Assembly (NCBI RefSeq): GCF_040938485.1
Contig: NW_027271365.1
Location: forward strand, 434,001 to 498,000
Length of the DNA stretch: 64,000 bases
DNA from: Diadema antillarum
Lineage: Eukaryota
Direction: 5' to 3'
Part shown: positions 25,845 through 38,494 of the stretch, in pieces
Position numbering within the stretch: the first letter of the stretch is position 1
How the letters are laid out: each line of letters begins with the position of its first letter
The notes under the pieces: model-generated
The model's database searches: none
What the model was told of the DNA's origin: nothing
Seen by the model: the letters and a program-made list of their open reading frames with translations, nothing else
Made by a program: the position numbers and the translations under genes

Positions 25845-28209
25845 TTAAAGGTAGTCGAGGAGACACTATAGAAAGGATTCTTTATCACTTCATCCCACAG
25901 AAATAGGGCCATTTTCAGCATATTATATGAAAAAGAGCTGCTTGGTGGAGGTCTGCACCGTCCGAGTGACTTTTCTAGTTTCAAATGATATCAGCATTTA
26001 TCACTAATATCAGCAACTCTCGATAAGATACACTTGAATGATCCTTTCACCTTTCCTGTGCTTTCATCCCTGATTGGCAAGTCTGCTGTACAGTGCTTTC
26101 TGTGCCAGTTGGCTCAGATGTCTGGAAATCAATTGCCAATAAATGGAGATTACATAATCCCCCTAGTCTGTCACCATGATTTTCCTGTTCATCTGAGGCC
26201 CATTGTTATTCCTGAGTGAAATGGGCTGGCTATAAACTCACAACAGACTGTACAATTTTATACAGGATAGGTCAAGTTGTGGAAGAATTAAAAAAGCACT
26301 TCAAGTTTGACAGCCCTCAAACGTGGGTACATACACCACTGTATTAAAAAGAGTTTTGATAATCAAACGTAGAATCTCTACACTGGTTTTTACTTCTCTA
26401 CAACATTCTCTATGTATTCTCCCTAGCTGTATTTTCTTTTTACTCAGTCATTACCTTAGTTCAGGGCTTACAGTGTCGGCAATATTCTTCAATAAATGCA
26501 CATATTATGCATAAATCCTTTTAATCAAATAATACACAGTGAGAGCACATAATACATAAACTTTTTATACCACAACCACAAAAAGTCTCCTACAGTAAAC
26601 TGCCTTTCTTTGTCTGAAATTTTCCTTGCGCCTTCTGTCTGGAGATCTATACCTCAGCTCAATTTACAATACAGCTCACTTTCACTCAAAAGGAGAAGAA
26701 AAAACTCACGACAGCCGAACAGTGTGCAGACATCACTGCCAGGAAGAAAGAGGTTTTTTTTTTTCCTTTCTTTCTTTTTTTTTTTTTTTTTTGTTCCAAC
26801 TTTCTCTTGTTCTGTAAGGATAAAGGCCCATCTTTGGAAAAAATTTCCATTTCCGAGAGAGAAAGAGATGTGGATAGAATTAGTGGAGCAGATGAAGTGA
26901 ACCGTGAGCATCCATGGACTGACTGCCGACTGGCCATAATCTTCCCTTTCACGGCAGATCAAGACTTCACATTGGAGTGTCTCCAGTCTTCTGTAAATCT
27001 CTCTTGTGTAGAAAGCAAAACTGCTATCACCAGATTTGCAAACATTGTGTTTGTTTGTTTTTTCTGGACGGGAAGAGGGGCGAGTAAATCCCAGACATGA
27101 TTTCTAGTGACATGATACTTTTACTTGAATCACACAAAGCTTTTACAAGAGAGCTTGATACATAGTTTCTGTTTCAAAGTCTTGTTTGCGAAGGTTGTGG
27201 TATCAATTATTTCCATCACCTTGCATTTCTTTCATTCATTTGTTCATTTACAGGGTATGTACCTATTCAGGATTTTAAATGATGATGAACTGAGAGTTTG
27301 AATCAAAGACAACACAATGATTTTGCATGCCATGGTTGTGTAATACAGTATATCTCTTTCTCTTAACAATAAGTATTGATTACCCATGTAACTGTAAATA
27401 GATACTAAATTATTCTCAAACATGTTATCACGCACTTCGCATAAACTTAAAATCATTCAACCTGCTCAAGAAGTGAGAGGGTGGCATTCCTACATGATGT
27501 CACCATCCATCGTCAGTGATGTATCATGAGTGCGTAATCATTTCTCAAGCCATGTTCTATGTACAATAATCCATCAATCAGATACACCTTCCTACGATCG
27601 TTACCTTGTGCGCTAATGAATGCAACTGTGAAATTGATGGACGACCGCTCAAGTGTCCCCAAACAGCTTTATTGCCCCTATCAAGCGTCAGTGATTGAAC
27701 GCTAATATACACTCAGACACAACTCTATAGCTGGTTCCTCCCCCCCCCCCCCCCCCTTTAATAGACGACTGCACCACTGGGAATAGGCCGATTAGAAGAC
27801 TAATTACTGGACTCTGAATCTAAAATCACGCAATGAATCTAAAATCACGCAAGAGGTGGGGGGGGGGAGGGGGAGGGTGAAGCAACGCCTCAATTGTTTA
27901 AATCGTCTGCGAACATTGAGCTGTCAGTAGCACACTCCAGGCACGATACAAGTGACGGATGGGGGTGGGGGGAGGAGGGGAAGGGGGAGTGACTTGCCAC
28001 ACCAGACAAAGATCTCCCGGGGAGCCGCCAGGAAACTCCTACCAGACTTTTTGAGTAAACCCCGCGTGAGTGATACATCACGTTTTTCTCCCAAACCATT
28101 AGATGATGAAGGGTATCAGAAATGCAAGAGGACACATGGAAAACAAAACAAAAAGAAGCATTGAAGACAATGTACAGGGGAAGATGAAATCATCTAGTAA
28201 ATTCTAATA

Positions 28210-28445
28210 CTGCAAAGACCAGAAACATTCACTGTATCAAACTTTTGCGCACGGGAGTCGATGGCCTTTTTCAAGGCATGAAACTTTCGCGCATGGAAGC
28301 CGATGGCCTTTTCTACAGGAGAAAACTCAAGTAAATTGTCACTGGCATTCAGAGCACTGTGTAAACAAAAACCTTTCATGCAGATTTTTCTTTCACGAAT
28401 CTTGACTCCGCAAGTTTCGTGCACAGGAAAATTTACGGTTTTCAG
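28210..28445. mobile_element. TA-flanked MITE of the same CTGTA-end family, degenerate
   Basis: ta|CTGCAAAGACCAGAAACATTC left end; internal duplicated gcgca.gg..g.cgatggcctttt motif; degenerate right end. Confidence 0.4.
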
Positions 28446-29336
28446 CATATGTTGAATGCTTACCATGTAGCTGATGTACACAATGTGACTGGCTGAGAAA
28501 TCACACAGGCTGGCATCGGATATTCTTCAATGCAAAGACAAACATTTCTGTGGTCATCTCAATACATTACCCCTGACACCCACACCCTGTACTCATCTAC
28601 AGAAGCAATTAATTTCATACATTGTACTATAATTGGATACTAGTAGAATGGGTAATACAGGGATGATAAGCGCTAGGCATAGGAAAACACACACTACACA
28701 CGTCTGCATATGTGCAGGCATGCATGCACCAATACACAAACAATTATGGCGACACTTCAGGTGCCACAGGATTACAAACTCATATAATTGTGAATACTAA
28801 TAATCACTAATTTTTTTTTTTCATAATTTTCTACAGATACTGTACCTGATGCATGTTTTTACTTTTCTTTAAACAGACATATTGCACTATGCAAATGCTG
28901 TGAATCATCACCATCATCTTGTTAAAAGATAATCTGTTCAAATTCATAACAATTTCCAACCATTTCTTGACTATGGCATCATGAAGTGTAGATCAAAATG
29001 CTACTGATATGAAAAGATAGTTCAAAGATTAAGGAGAAACTTGTTTTCCAGAGAGAGTATACAATGTAATTACAGAAGGTGTTTTTTTTTTTCATTTTGC
29101 CATTACTCTCTGAGAATAATATGCTTGGAGCATGTATAATTACACAGTGCCCTTCACATGAATTATTTTGGAGTCAGTCACACAGAAATGTGCATTTCAA
29201 GGAAAATGTATGTTGTACATACGATGTAACCTTAGCGACCAGCAAGCATGCACTAATGTGAGGGCTACTTCCTTTTTCTAGAGGATCCAATAGTACTTGT
29301 CAATAAAGAGAATTCCAAGTATTAAATCATTCATGC

Positions 29337-29420
29337 CGTCACTCACTCACTAACTCATTCATTCATTTACTCATTCAATCATTGCTTCCTTCATTCATTC
29401 ATTCATTCACCCATCCATCC
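29337..29420. repeat. (TCAT/TCAC)n tetranucleotide microsatellite
   Basis: Directly visible. Confidence 0.85.
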
Positions 29421-31345
29421 TTTCATTCACGTTTGCAGTGCAATAAAGCATTCAATTGCTGGATGTGACATGGCAGAAGGGCACTGCTAATGGCCGACTG
29501 ATTACATGTACAGCCATATATCAACTCAAACCCTTTACCAGACGAAGGACGAGGGGGTCTCTCATAGTAGCAATACAAATTGTATATTATACCTGTATTA
29601 AATGATGAGGCATCTCCCACAGCAAGTGCTTTATATCGATGAGAACATTTACCTCAACACTCACCAAGGTACTTCGAAGCAGCACAAGAGAAATTGTGTA
29701 TAAAATTTCTGAACAGGAGGAGCAGATAAGATGCACATTATAATGTTGTACACATTTATGAGCAAAATCATCTTGTTTGGCGCAGAGCAGAAATCTATCC
29801 ATCATTGCTGTACTTCTTCATAACATAGATCTGATAAAATGGTAAACGATGTACAATGTAGGCCTACCTCCTACATGTAATTCCCCATCCGTTGCACTGA
29901 AATAGTAAAATATTGGGTGATTCTATTACAGAAGTCTGCAATAAGAAACATCATCTTTAATATCAATACTGATGCAGCCATTGAAAAGAACAGAGATGTA
30001 GAGACCAGTGAACAGGTATACACCCTGTAAATGCCTGTATACCTCTACACTGTGCAAGCACAAAGCTACAAAATGTACGATATATGCCCGAGTACCTGCA
30101 CTACTAATTGCATGATGCATCCATTGCATGAGTGATACAGCAATAAGCATTGTGTATTAAAACATAACAGAAAAAAGAAAACTGTTCCTAGAATAAAGCC
30201 TCTTGCATCCATTGCATGTGTGGCATGAAAAACACTGTGTGAAGAGAAAAACCTGCTCTCATTCATAAACTCATACAATTACACAAGAAAAAATAAAAAT
30301 AAACGTACATTGTAGTCTTATCCTTGCATAGTTACAAGTAGGTATGTTGATCATGACCTCAAGCAGGTGAATACTTCAGCCGAAATACAAACATTGTTCC
30401 AAAGTCTCTCCCCTGGCAGCTGTGACCTTTCATATGGGTTATTCAAACAACTGAAGAAAAGAGTGTATATACACTATAGTCAACTAACTTGTACTGAAAA
30501 ACCAATTGGTCATGTAATTGTTAAATCTACTCGGTGTACTCTTTAGTTGACCTACGTGAGAAAAAACAAAAAAGAAAGTCAACAAAGGAGTCAATGACAC
30601 TAGTGAGCTGACTTTACTTTTTTAGACAGAAATTCATACATGGAAATTTATCCATTTTAAACGGACATTGGGAGGAGACTATGGAGTAGAAATTGGTCTT
30701 TTTATGGCAAAATGTTGGCTTTGCATTCACTCAGCCATCCTCCCAAAATAACCTGCAGGGACAAGGTGTCGGTACTAGAGGAAAAGTGCAAGCAGTTTTG
30801 TTTGCAGCTGGTAAGGGGGAGAGCTCGGCTTCGGTTTCGGCGAGGTATCACACTTCCTGGTCCGAGAATCATATTTGCATTCTATTTTGTGCATATTTGT
30901 ATGGACCATCATCCCTGGGATGGAACATTCGTCATACTGAAGATGACTTCAGTCGCATCAGATCGATGATATCCTATAAATAAGGAAGCATGATGGGATA
31001 ATAACATACTCAAAAGCCACCTTACAGAATTTTCTCCTGTGACAGAGTTTATACCAAGTATAAAGAAATATGAGGGATGGACCATTTCGCTACAAAGGAA
31101 AGGTCACAAAACATTTCTTTGTTAATGTTTGGTTCCTCTTTCACAGTAATACTCTAGCGTACCCAGTGCAATAAATGGCCACAGAAGAGAAAATTTAAGC
31201 TGTTTCTATTTTTATTGTTAAATGTTATAATGAATGAAAAGCACATCAAGCAGTAAAGGCACTCTGTGGAGTCACAAAGGTTTTTGAGGTGGCTCTCATT
31301 TGCGGATAGTTGAAGAGTTTGCCATGTTTTTAGGTGATACAGTAA

Positions 31346-31901
31346 AGCCCTTTTTACACTTGTGTTTCTTAACCCCGTACTTTCTCTGACCCAGGACTAT
31401 TGTTAGTCCCGTACCAATTTTTTCAGCTTTTTACACTCGCCAACAAGTTCTGTACTAAGCTCTTGTCCGGGGCTAAGGAGAAAATTGACCTTTTTACACT
31501 CATATTTTTTAGCCCTGTACTTTCCAAACCACATGAATATTCATGATTACGCAGTGCACTGTACACGTACACGCACGCACCGGCAGCACTTGATTACCTC
31601 GTTAACTGATTGGTCAGTGGGGGTCGGACTTCGTCTCCGTCACTTAGCCCCGGATTATTTTTCCGTTCTGTTTACACTCGCTTGCTTGGCACCGCAATTG
31701 CGGGGTTAGCACCTGTTTGCTATTTTGCAGGGCCAGATAGTACGAGACTATCGGCGGGGCTAGCCCACTTTGGCAAAAACAAGTGTAAACAGAAAGTGGG
31801 CTAAGGAAAGTCTGGTATCAACAGTGGGGCTGAGCCCCCCCCCCCCTTAGCCCCACCATTGGTACGGGACTAAGGAAAAATTTGCAAGTGTAAAAAGCCC
31901 T
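31346..31901. mobile_element. PIF/Harbinger MITE, copy 1
   Basis: TAA|AGCCCTTTTTACACTTG ... CAAGTGTAAAAAGCCCT|TAA; collinear with 45464-46008. Confidence 0.88.
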
Positions 31902-33265
31902 TAAGTGCCCTGCATTTTGTCCATCATAAACTAATAAATCACAGAAGCATGGATAGGGCCCTCTGTAAACACAATCTCAGTCTACTTCAAATACTACACA
32001 AAATTAATCCCCTATCATGATGAATATCTTCGAACTAAAACATGTTTCATACATATATTTTTATGTAGGCAATACAAGTGTTTGGTATCCTTGAATCCTT
32101 AACCTTATCTCCAACCCTGGACTTGAATCAGGAACTCATTTTGTTCCCTATCTGATGCCTATGACATTTTCTTTTTCTGTGTGTGTTTTTTTTTAATAGT
32201 CACTCATGATTTGGATAAAAAGTTCATGTCACTTCTGCTGGTAATTAGACTCCCTGCTGAGGTAATTAACTTGCACAAGTGAGTTAAAATGGAGATGTGG
32301 GTACCTGCAGATTCAGCCCATACCAAAAGATGGTTTGTGTAATAAGATTTAACAAAAAAAAAAAGAAGATAAATAAGACAAGACAGCTGCTGCTCTAATT
32401 ATGTTGTAAAAAATAAGAAATGGCAAAAACAAATGACAAAATTTAATCTCTGGCTATACATTTTTGAATTGAACAATTACTGACTAGGAACTACATGTTT
32501 TTCTCATATAGGCCTAGATCAAAGTGGGTTTTTTTTCCAAAATGACTTCATAAAAGTAGATTCTTGTGTTACCAAATATGGATAGTGGAAGACTCCCAAA
32601 TAGAATGGGAGAAAAAAAAAGAAAAAAAAAAACACAGCCACAAGCGGATGGTTGTGGGTTTTTTTTCTACAACGTAATTCCAGGCACAGCAGGTGGATTT
32701 CATGTGGTCAATCCTCGCTCCAACTTGACCCCGCAAGTGGCGATGACCTCACTGCTGTGGAATGAGAGTAGCTGCCCTGCTGCAGACTATTAAATATTGG
32801 GGGAAACCAACCGACAGAACAAAGTGTTTTCAAATTCTCATCCCCAGTTTACAAGTTTTACAGCATCGCTATTTGCCAGACAACTGGAATCCCATCAAGT
32901 GCGGTTGACAGTAATGTGTGGTAAACGAGTCCCAGCGGCAGGACAATAGTGTAGATCGATAATAGTATCTTCTATTCGTGAAACAAAAGCAGCCGTTTAC
33001 GAGGAAAGGGGGGGGGGTGCTGCCGTGACAGACATATGAAAAGAGGAGGAAGAATCACCTCTTTACTATAAAATCACCCATGGTGGGTTTCTTTTTGTCT
33101 CTGGTTGCTTGTTTTTATTTATAATGGATAAATCAATCTGGATTTTGTACCACAGCCAAAATTTGGGTTATACTGCACGGTTCAGTACCTGGTTGAGACC
33201 TCTATTACCGTAAACACAAGGAAAAGTAGAAATTACGCGGTGCGTAATATATGTCCCCGCCGGAA

Positions 33266-34525
33266 GTAGCATTTAGTAGCAAAATGTACAATATAGGTAA
33301 AAAGATGAAGGTCAAAGGTCAAAGAAGTCAAAGGTCAAAATTCTATGTAGAAGTTTTGAAGCCCTCACCTAGTGCCATCACATAAAGCAAACGGAATCGA
33401 AATCGGGTTAGAAATGGCGAAGGAGTAGCATTTTGTAGCCAATGTACAATATAGGTAAAAAAATCAAGGTCAAAGAAGTCAAAGGTCAAAATTCTGTGTA
33501 GAAGTTTTGAAGCCCTCACCTAGTGCCATCACTTAAAGCAAACAGAATTGAAATCGGGTTACAAATGGCAAAGGAGTAGCATTTTGTAGCAAAATGTACA
33601 ATATAGGTCAAAAATCAAGGTCAAAGGTCAAAGAAGTCAAAGGTCAAAATTCTGTGTAGAAGTTTTGAAGCCCTCACCTAGTGCCATCACATAAAGCAAA
33701 CGGAATCAAAATCGGGTTAGAAATGGCGAAGGAGTAGCATTTTGTAGGCAATGTACAATATAGGTCAAAAATCAAGGTCAAAGGTCAAAGAAGTCAAAGG
33801 TCAAAATTCTGTGTAGAAGTTTTGAAGCCCTCACCTAGTGCCATCACTTAAAGCAAACGGAATTGAAATCGGGTTACAAATGGCAAAGGAGTAGCATTTT
33901 GTAGCAAAATGTACAATATAGGTCAAAAATCAAGGTCAAAGGTCAAAGAAGTCAAAGGTCAAAATTCTGTGTAGAAGTTTTGAAGCCCTCACCTAGTGCC
34001 ATCACTTAAAGCAAACGGAATTGAAATCGGGTTACAAATGGCGAAGGAGTAGCATTTTGTAGCAAAATGTACAATATAGGTCAAAAATCAAGGTCAAAGG
34101 TCAAAGAAGTCAAAGGTCAAAATTCTGTGTAGAAGTTTTGAAGCCCTCACCTAGTGCCATCACTTAAAGCAAACGGAATTGAAATCGGGTTACAAATGGC
34201 GAAGGAGTAGCATTTTGTAGCAAAATGTACAATATAGGTCAAAAATCAAGGTCAAAGGTCAAAGAAGTCAAAGGTCAAAATTCTGTGTAGAAGTTTTGAA
34301 GCCCTCACCTAGTGCCATCATATAAAGCAAACGGAATCAAAATCGGGTTAGAAATGGCGAAGGAGTAGCATTTTGAAGCAAAATGTACAATATAGGTCAA
34401 AGGTCAAGGTCAAAGGTCACAATTGAAATTCTGTATAGAAGTTTCAAAGCTCCCATGTAGTGCTATCATATAAAGCAAACAGAATCAAAATCGGGTTAGA
34501 AATGGCGAAGGAGTAGCATTTTGAA
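33266..34525. repeat. Tandem array of 8 units of ~158 bp
   Basis: Unit starts (gtagcattt) at 33266, 33425, 33576, 33734, 33891, 34049, 34207 and 34365, closing at 34513; spacings 159, 151, 158, 157, 158, 158, 158, 148. Confidence 0.95.
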
Positions 34526-34533
34526 CATTTTGA

Positions 34534-34628
34534 TCACACACGGACGCACACACGGACGGACACACGGACGCACGGACGCACGGACGCACGGACGCACGGA
34601 CGCACGGACGGACACACACACGTACGGA
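34534..34628. repeat. (GGACGCAC)n/(CA)n compound microsatellite
   Basis: Directly visible, between the array and the 3' hairpin. Confidence 0.9.
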
Positions 34629-37600
34629 GCCCGTTTCATAGTCCCCTGCTCGAACTCGTTCGGCGGGGACAATAACAGATAGTTTATTGGCTGCTGGCTC
34701 TACAGGTAGTTCTACAATTCAAATTCCAGAGTTACGACTCATCAGTCAAAGGATGTTTATTTATCACTCACTGCTCCCTCCAACTGCAAATTCATTCTTT
34801 TCTTTTATAATACGCAAAGAGGCTGGGTATGCTGTGCAGAAGACAAAAAGAAAAACATGACACACACAGTCCCTTTTCCATCTGGTCAAACACTGCAGAA
34901 TGCAAAAGGCACAGCAAAGTTCTTTGTGTTTGACTTTGAATGGCTATTCAATGGCACTCCTGCAAGGGCAACAGGGACATTTGATATGAGCATTGTCTGC
35001 AAGTTGTTTACAAATGAACCCAGATACACCAGAAATCCATCTATACTCATTACAGACTGCAGCATGACCCGAAGTAAAACACATATCCAAGCTCGTAATA
35101 GTGCAGTGGCTCAACAAGAGGGGGAAGTGTTCCTTGAACCGTCGACTGCACTAAAAAGGGGACAAACAGTACCCTCCCCCTCTCCCCGACCATGGTATAC
35201 TTTATAGATTTCTGTCAGCCTTCTCGTCAACCAGTATAAATTGCGAAAAAAAAAAAATATATATAACATGGAGGTACTTGTACCTCCATGGCAAGAAAGA
35301 CCCTGTAAATACACATCAGTGGCAATGCACTACCAAATAAACTGAGGTCTGTACAAAATTGGACAAAACAAGGGGGAGGGGCACAAAACTGGTTTATCAA
35401 TTTTCAGTAGGGCGAAGTAGCACTTGTTGCAATCACTTTGAACAGTGTCATTGTTCATCTGGTTCACAGCGGTCAAGATACATCCATTTCTTTGGTACTG
35501 TACATCATTGTTTACTGTGTACTTTCACTTCCCGTGTCCCCTCCCCCCAACCCCAACCCCCTATTCTTGCAGGCACCTTTTGTGATGGGGCGTTAGATCA
35601 ATGCTGACACCCCCAAAAAGGTGTGTTGTGGCTTTGCATTGTTTATGGCCACCGCAATGGATGAGGGGTTTTGCATCCATTGATGATTCAGAGGGGTGAG
35701 CCTTTCAAATGTCTTGGAGAGCAAGAGAAAAACACCTTACTGTATGTCTACTGGGTGCTTCGGAGTAATGGGGGAGAAATAATAGAACAGAGGGGTGAAT
35801 GGCGATACAAGCTCCACCTGGCTCCAGGCTTCACTGAAGACTGGAGTATGACAATGCACAGGAAGAGGGTAGAGACTAGAGTTGATTTATATCTATCTTA
35901 CACCCATGTGTACTACTTCTGCTTGCCTACTGATTTCACAAACCACCCAGCTACAAAATTACATCCTACTGTGAGAGACAATCGAAACCATTTTCATGCC
36001 TAGAAGTGTTCATTCTATCATGTTTTCAACTGCCATGACAATCAAAATGATAGATGAAAATACAGGTACTCTAAGCCCTACATCTTTCCTTATGAGCAGC
36101 AGATGTACAATGTAGCTTTTCCCATAACTACCCAACTTCAGTTGCAGTCTCGGTCCAACAGAGAAATATAAACGTTGTACATTGTATGTCTGGCATTAGG
36201 CTCGTTTGGGATACATCTTTTTTGTAGCTGCTGCCAAGTCACCATATGATAATAGTTTTACCAGAAACACTCAAAAAATGATGCCTTCCAGCATTTAAAG
36301 ATCTTGTTTTTAAAAGACATCAGCACAGAGTTTAAATGTATAAAACTGTTTCCCCTGGTATACATGTAGGAACCTACTTATTTAAGTGTGGATACAAGAA
36401 GAAACTGGCTTTGCAGACACAATGTCTCCACAATGATGATATCATACATGGAATAAAAATTCCAATCAGGAGTGCTGCATGCCAATAACGTAGGTTTCAA
36501 TCACCCGACAAGAGTAAAGGGAAGTTATAAATGCTTTTGTTTGAAATTCTGCTGGTCCATGCATAGAAAAAATGCACTTATCCATTTCAAATGTCTGACA
36601 AAACTGCGTCAACATACAGCTGTAACTGTGCAATTACAAACACTGTTACCCGGTAAATGTTTCACCATCATCATCAAGCTTGTGTAGTATTTGCTTCCTT
36701 GCACTTTGTGCAGGATGAGGACAAACCAATTTCTTCCAAGTTTTAAACAAAATGAAGGACTAGAGTGCAAGTGCGTAATTTGACAAAGAGGACAGTTATA
36801 TGTTCCTGTCCAATTCAGAAGAAAGGACAAGTGGGGGGGGGGGGGGGGGAGAGCAGTGAAAGAAGGGGGAAAAAAGTATATAAAGAGGAAAAGAAAATCA
36901 CCCTGATGTGAGTGAGCATGTAACGGCCCATTCAATCCTCAAAGAAAGAGAGTAAACAGTATTTTAGCTCTCTTGTGACCTCAGGGATTAGGATTAGTAG
37001 GAGTGCAAAGAAGATTATCAGTGGACAGTCAATGTCAAAAAGAGAATGGGGATCTCTTTCAGACTCATAGTCAAAGCAGATGCTCTTCCAACTCACTGAA
37101 CTGTTCTTTCATTTCCCACGGTAGGTACACCTTTGTAGAAAAGTAGCGAAAAGCAAATGTTACATAGAACTCAGTTCCAGGCTGCTGCATTTCAAACACA
37201 TCAAGTTTATTTAAATCTAAGTTCCCATTACAGTCTGTGCGTGCATAAGCTTTGGAACATTGTCTTTGGCATTAGCTTCACAAGATGAAAACGTGTCCTC
37301 CAGCTAGGTATTATGTGCACAGATATACATAAAAGCAGCTAAAGTTGGAGACATTCGGAACTGTTCATTCATTATATAAATCTGTGCTCAGGGCTGTGGA
37401 TTTCCAGGTTTAATTCCAAACAGCAGCTTTCTGTGGAGAGCATATAGATTATAAACTTGCATGATTCCAATAGCCCTGCATACAATAACCCTGCACTAGA
37501 ACAAATCTGTACCATGAAGAATTTCATGCCTCGGAAGTTACTGTATTTGGCCAAACATGATTTTTGTGGATTGCGATATCTTGTCATGATATATCATTAA

Positions 37601-38165
37601 TTAACAATTTACTTTGTAATTGGAATCAGTGTATGGTGAAGTTCCCCTTTCAACAAACTAAAATCTTTGTCTCATCACCGCTTAGACATTTTGTGCACAT
37701 GTGCACTTTAAAGGCATCAATTTCGAAAAGAGAAACGCAAATGTTCCGACTAAGATAAACTATAAAACAAATTTGAGAAACAAAAAGATAATATCTTTCA
37801 CGCACACAGAGTTTCATAAGTGGTTCATTGTCCCCAAAAAGCCTTCAGCCCAGCTGCATTAACACCACATGATCACATCCAGTCTCTCTTTTCCTAGCAT
37901 AAATCAATACATCACATTACAAGGGGCCACTAGCTGCTGTACAACTGTATGTTGGGAGGGGGGGGTGGCTACAATTTAGACACAGTTAGAGATGAGTCAC
38001 ACAGAATCTTTCAGTAGCAAATTCAGCAGCAATTTCACAAAGCTGGTGCCATCGGCACAACCCGAAACTGTTTGATATCAGAACTCTCAAAAGCTATTGT
38101 AACAGCTGACTATGTTTCCCCTTTGTTAACAGGTTTACAGAGAAGCAGATGCTCTGGCACTCACA

Positions 38166-38494
38166 TTGTGGACAACTACTGAACAGAACAAAAAAAAAAA
38201 GAGCCAAAGACCAAAAAAAAAAAAAAAAAAAAAAAAAGAAAAGGAAACACAGCTCCCAAAACATGTACAGCATTGTCTCTTACAGTTGTACAGACATTGT
38301 ATATTTGCAGTTCAAACTGAGACCTCAAATCAGCAAAAAGATCTTGTGGACAACTACTGAACAGAACAGACCAAAAAAAAAAGAAAAAAAGAAAAGGAAA
38401 CACAGCTCTCGAAACATGTAACATTGTCTCTTACGGTTGTACAGACATTGTATATTTGCAGTTCAAACTGAGACCTCAAATCAGTGAAAAAATC
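38166..38494. repeat. Two-copy tandem duplication (178 bp and 151 bp)
   Basis: TTGTGGACAACTACTGAACAGAAC starts at 38166 and 38344; the copies differ mainly in poly(A) tract length. Confidence 0.9.

Larger units (their letters stand above)
33214..34675 (+). mobile_element. Helentron-associated non-autonomous element (pearl/Tsp/DINE-1-like architecture)
   Basis: 5' hairpin ATTACGC-ggt-GCGTAAT (33232-33248) and subTIR TGTCCCCGCCG (33252-33262), inverted at 34661-34671. Then a tandem core array, a (GGACGCAC)n microsatellite, and a 3' hairpin at 34641-34670. Confidence 0.75.

Noticed and set aside
33266-34525. Regularly spaced repeats resembling a CRISPR array
   Set aside because: Whole ~158-bp units are repeated with no unique spacers, there are no cas genes, and the context is eukaryotic.
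35574-35623. Short imperfect hairpin (possible small RNA precursor)
   Set aside because: The stem is short and bulged and relies on homopolymer runs; no supporting feature.
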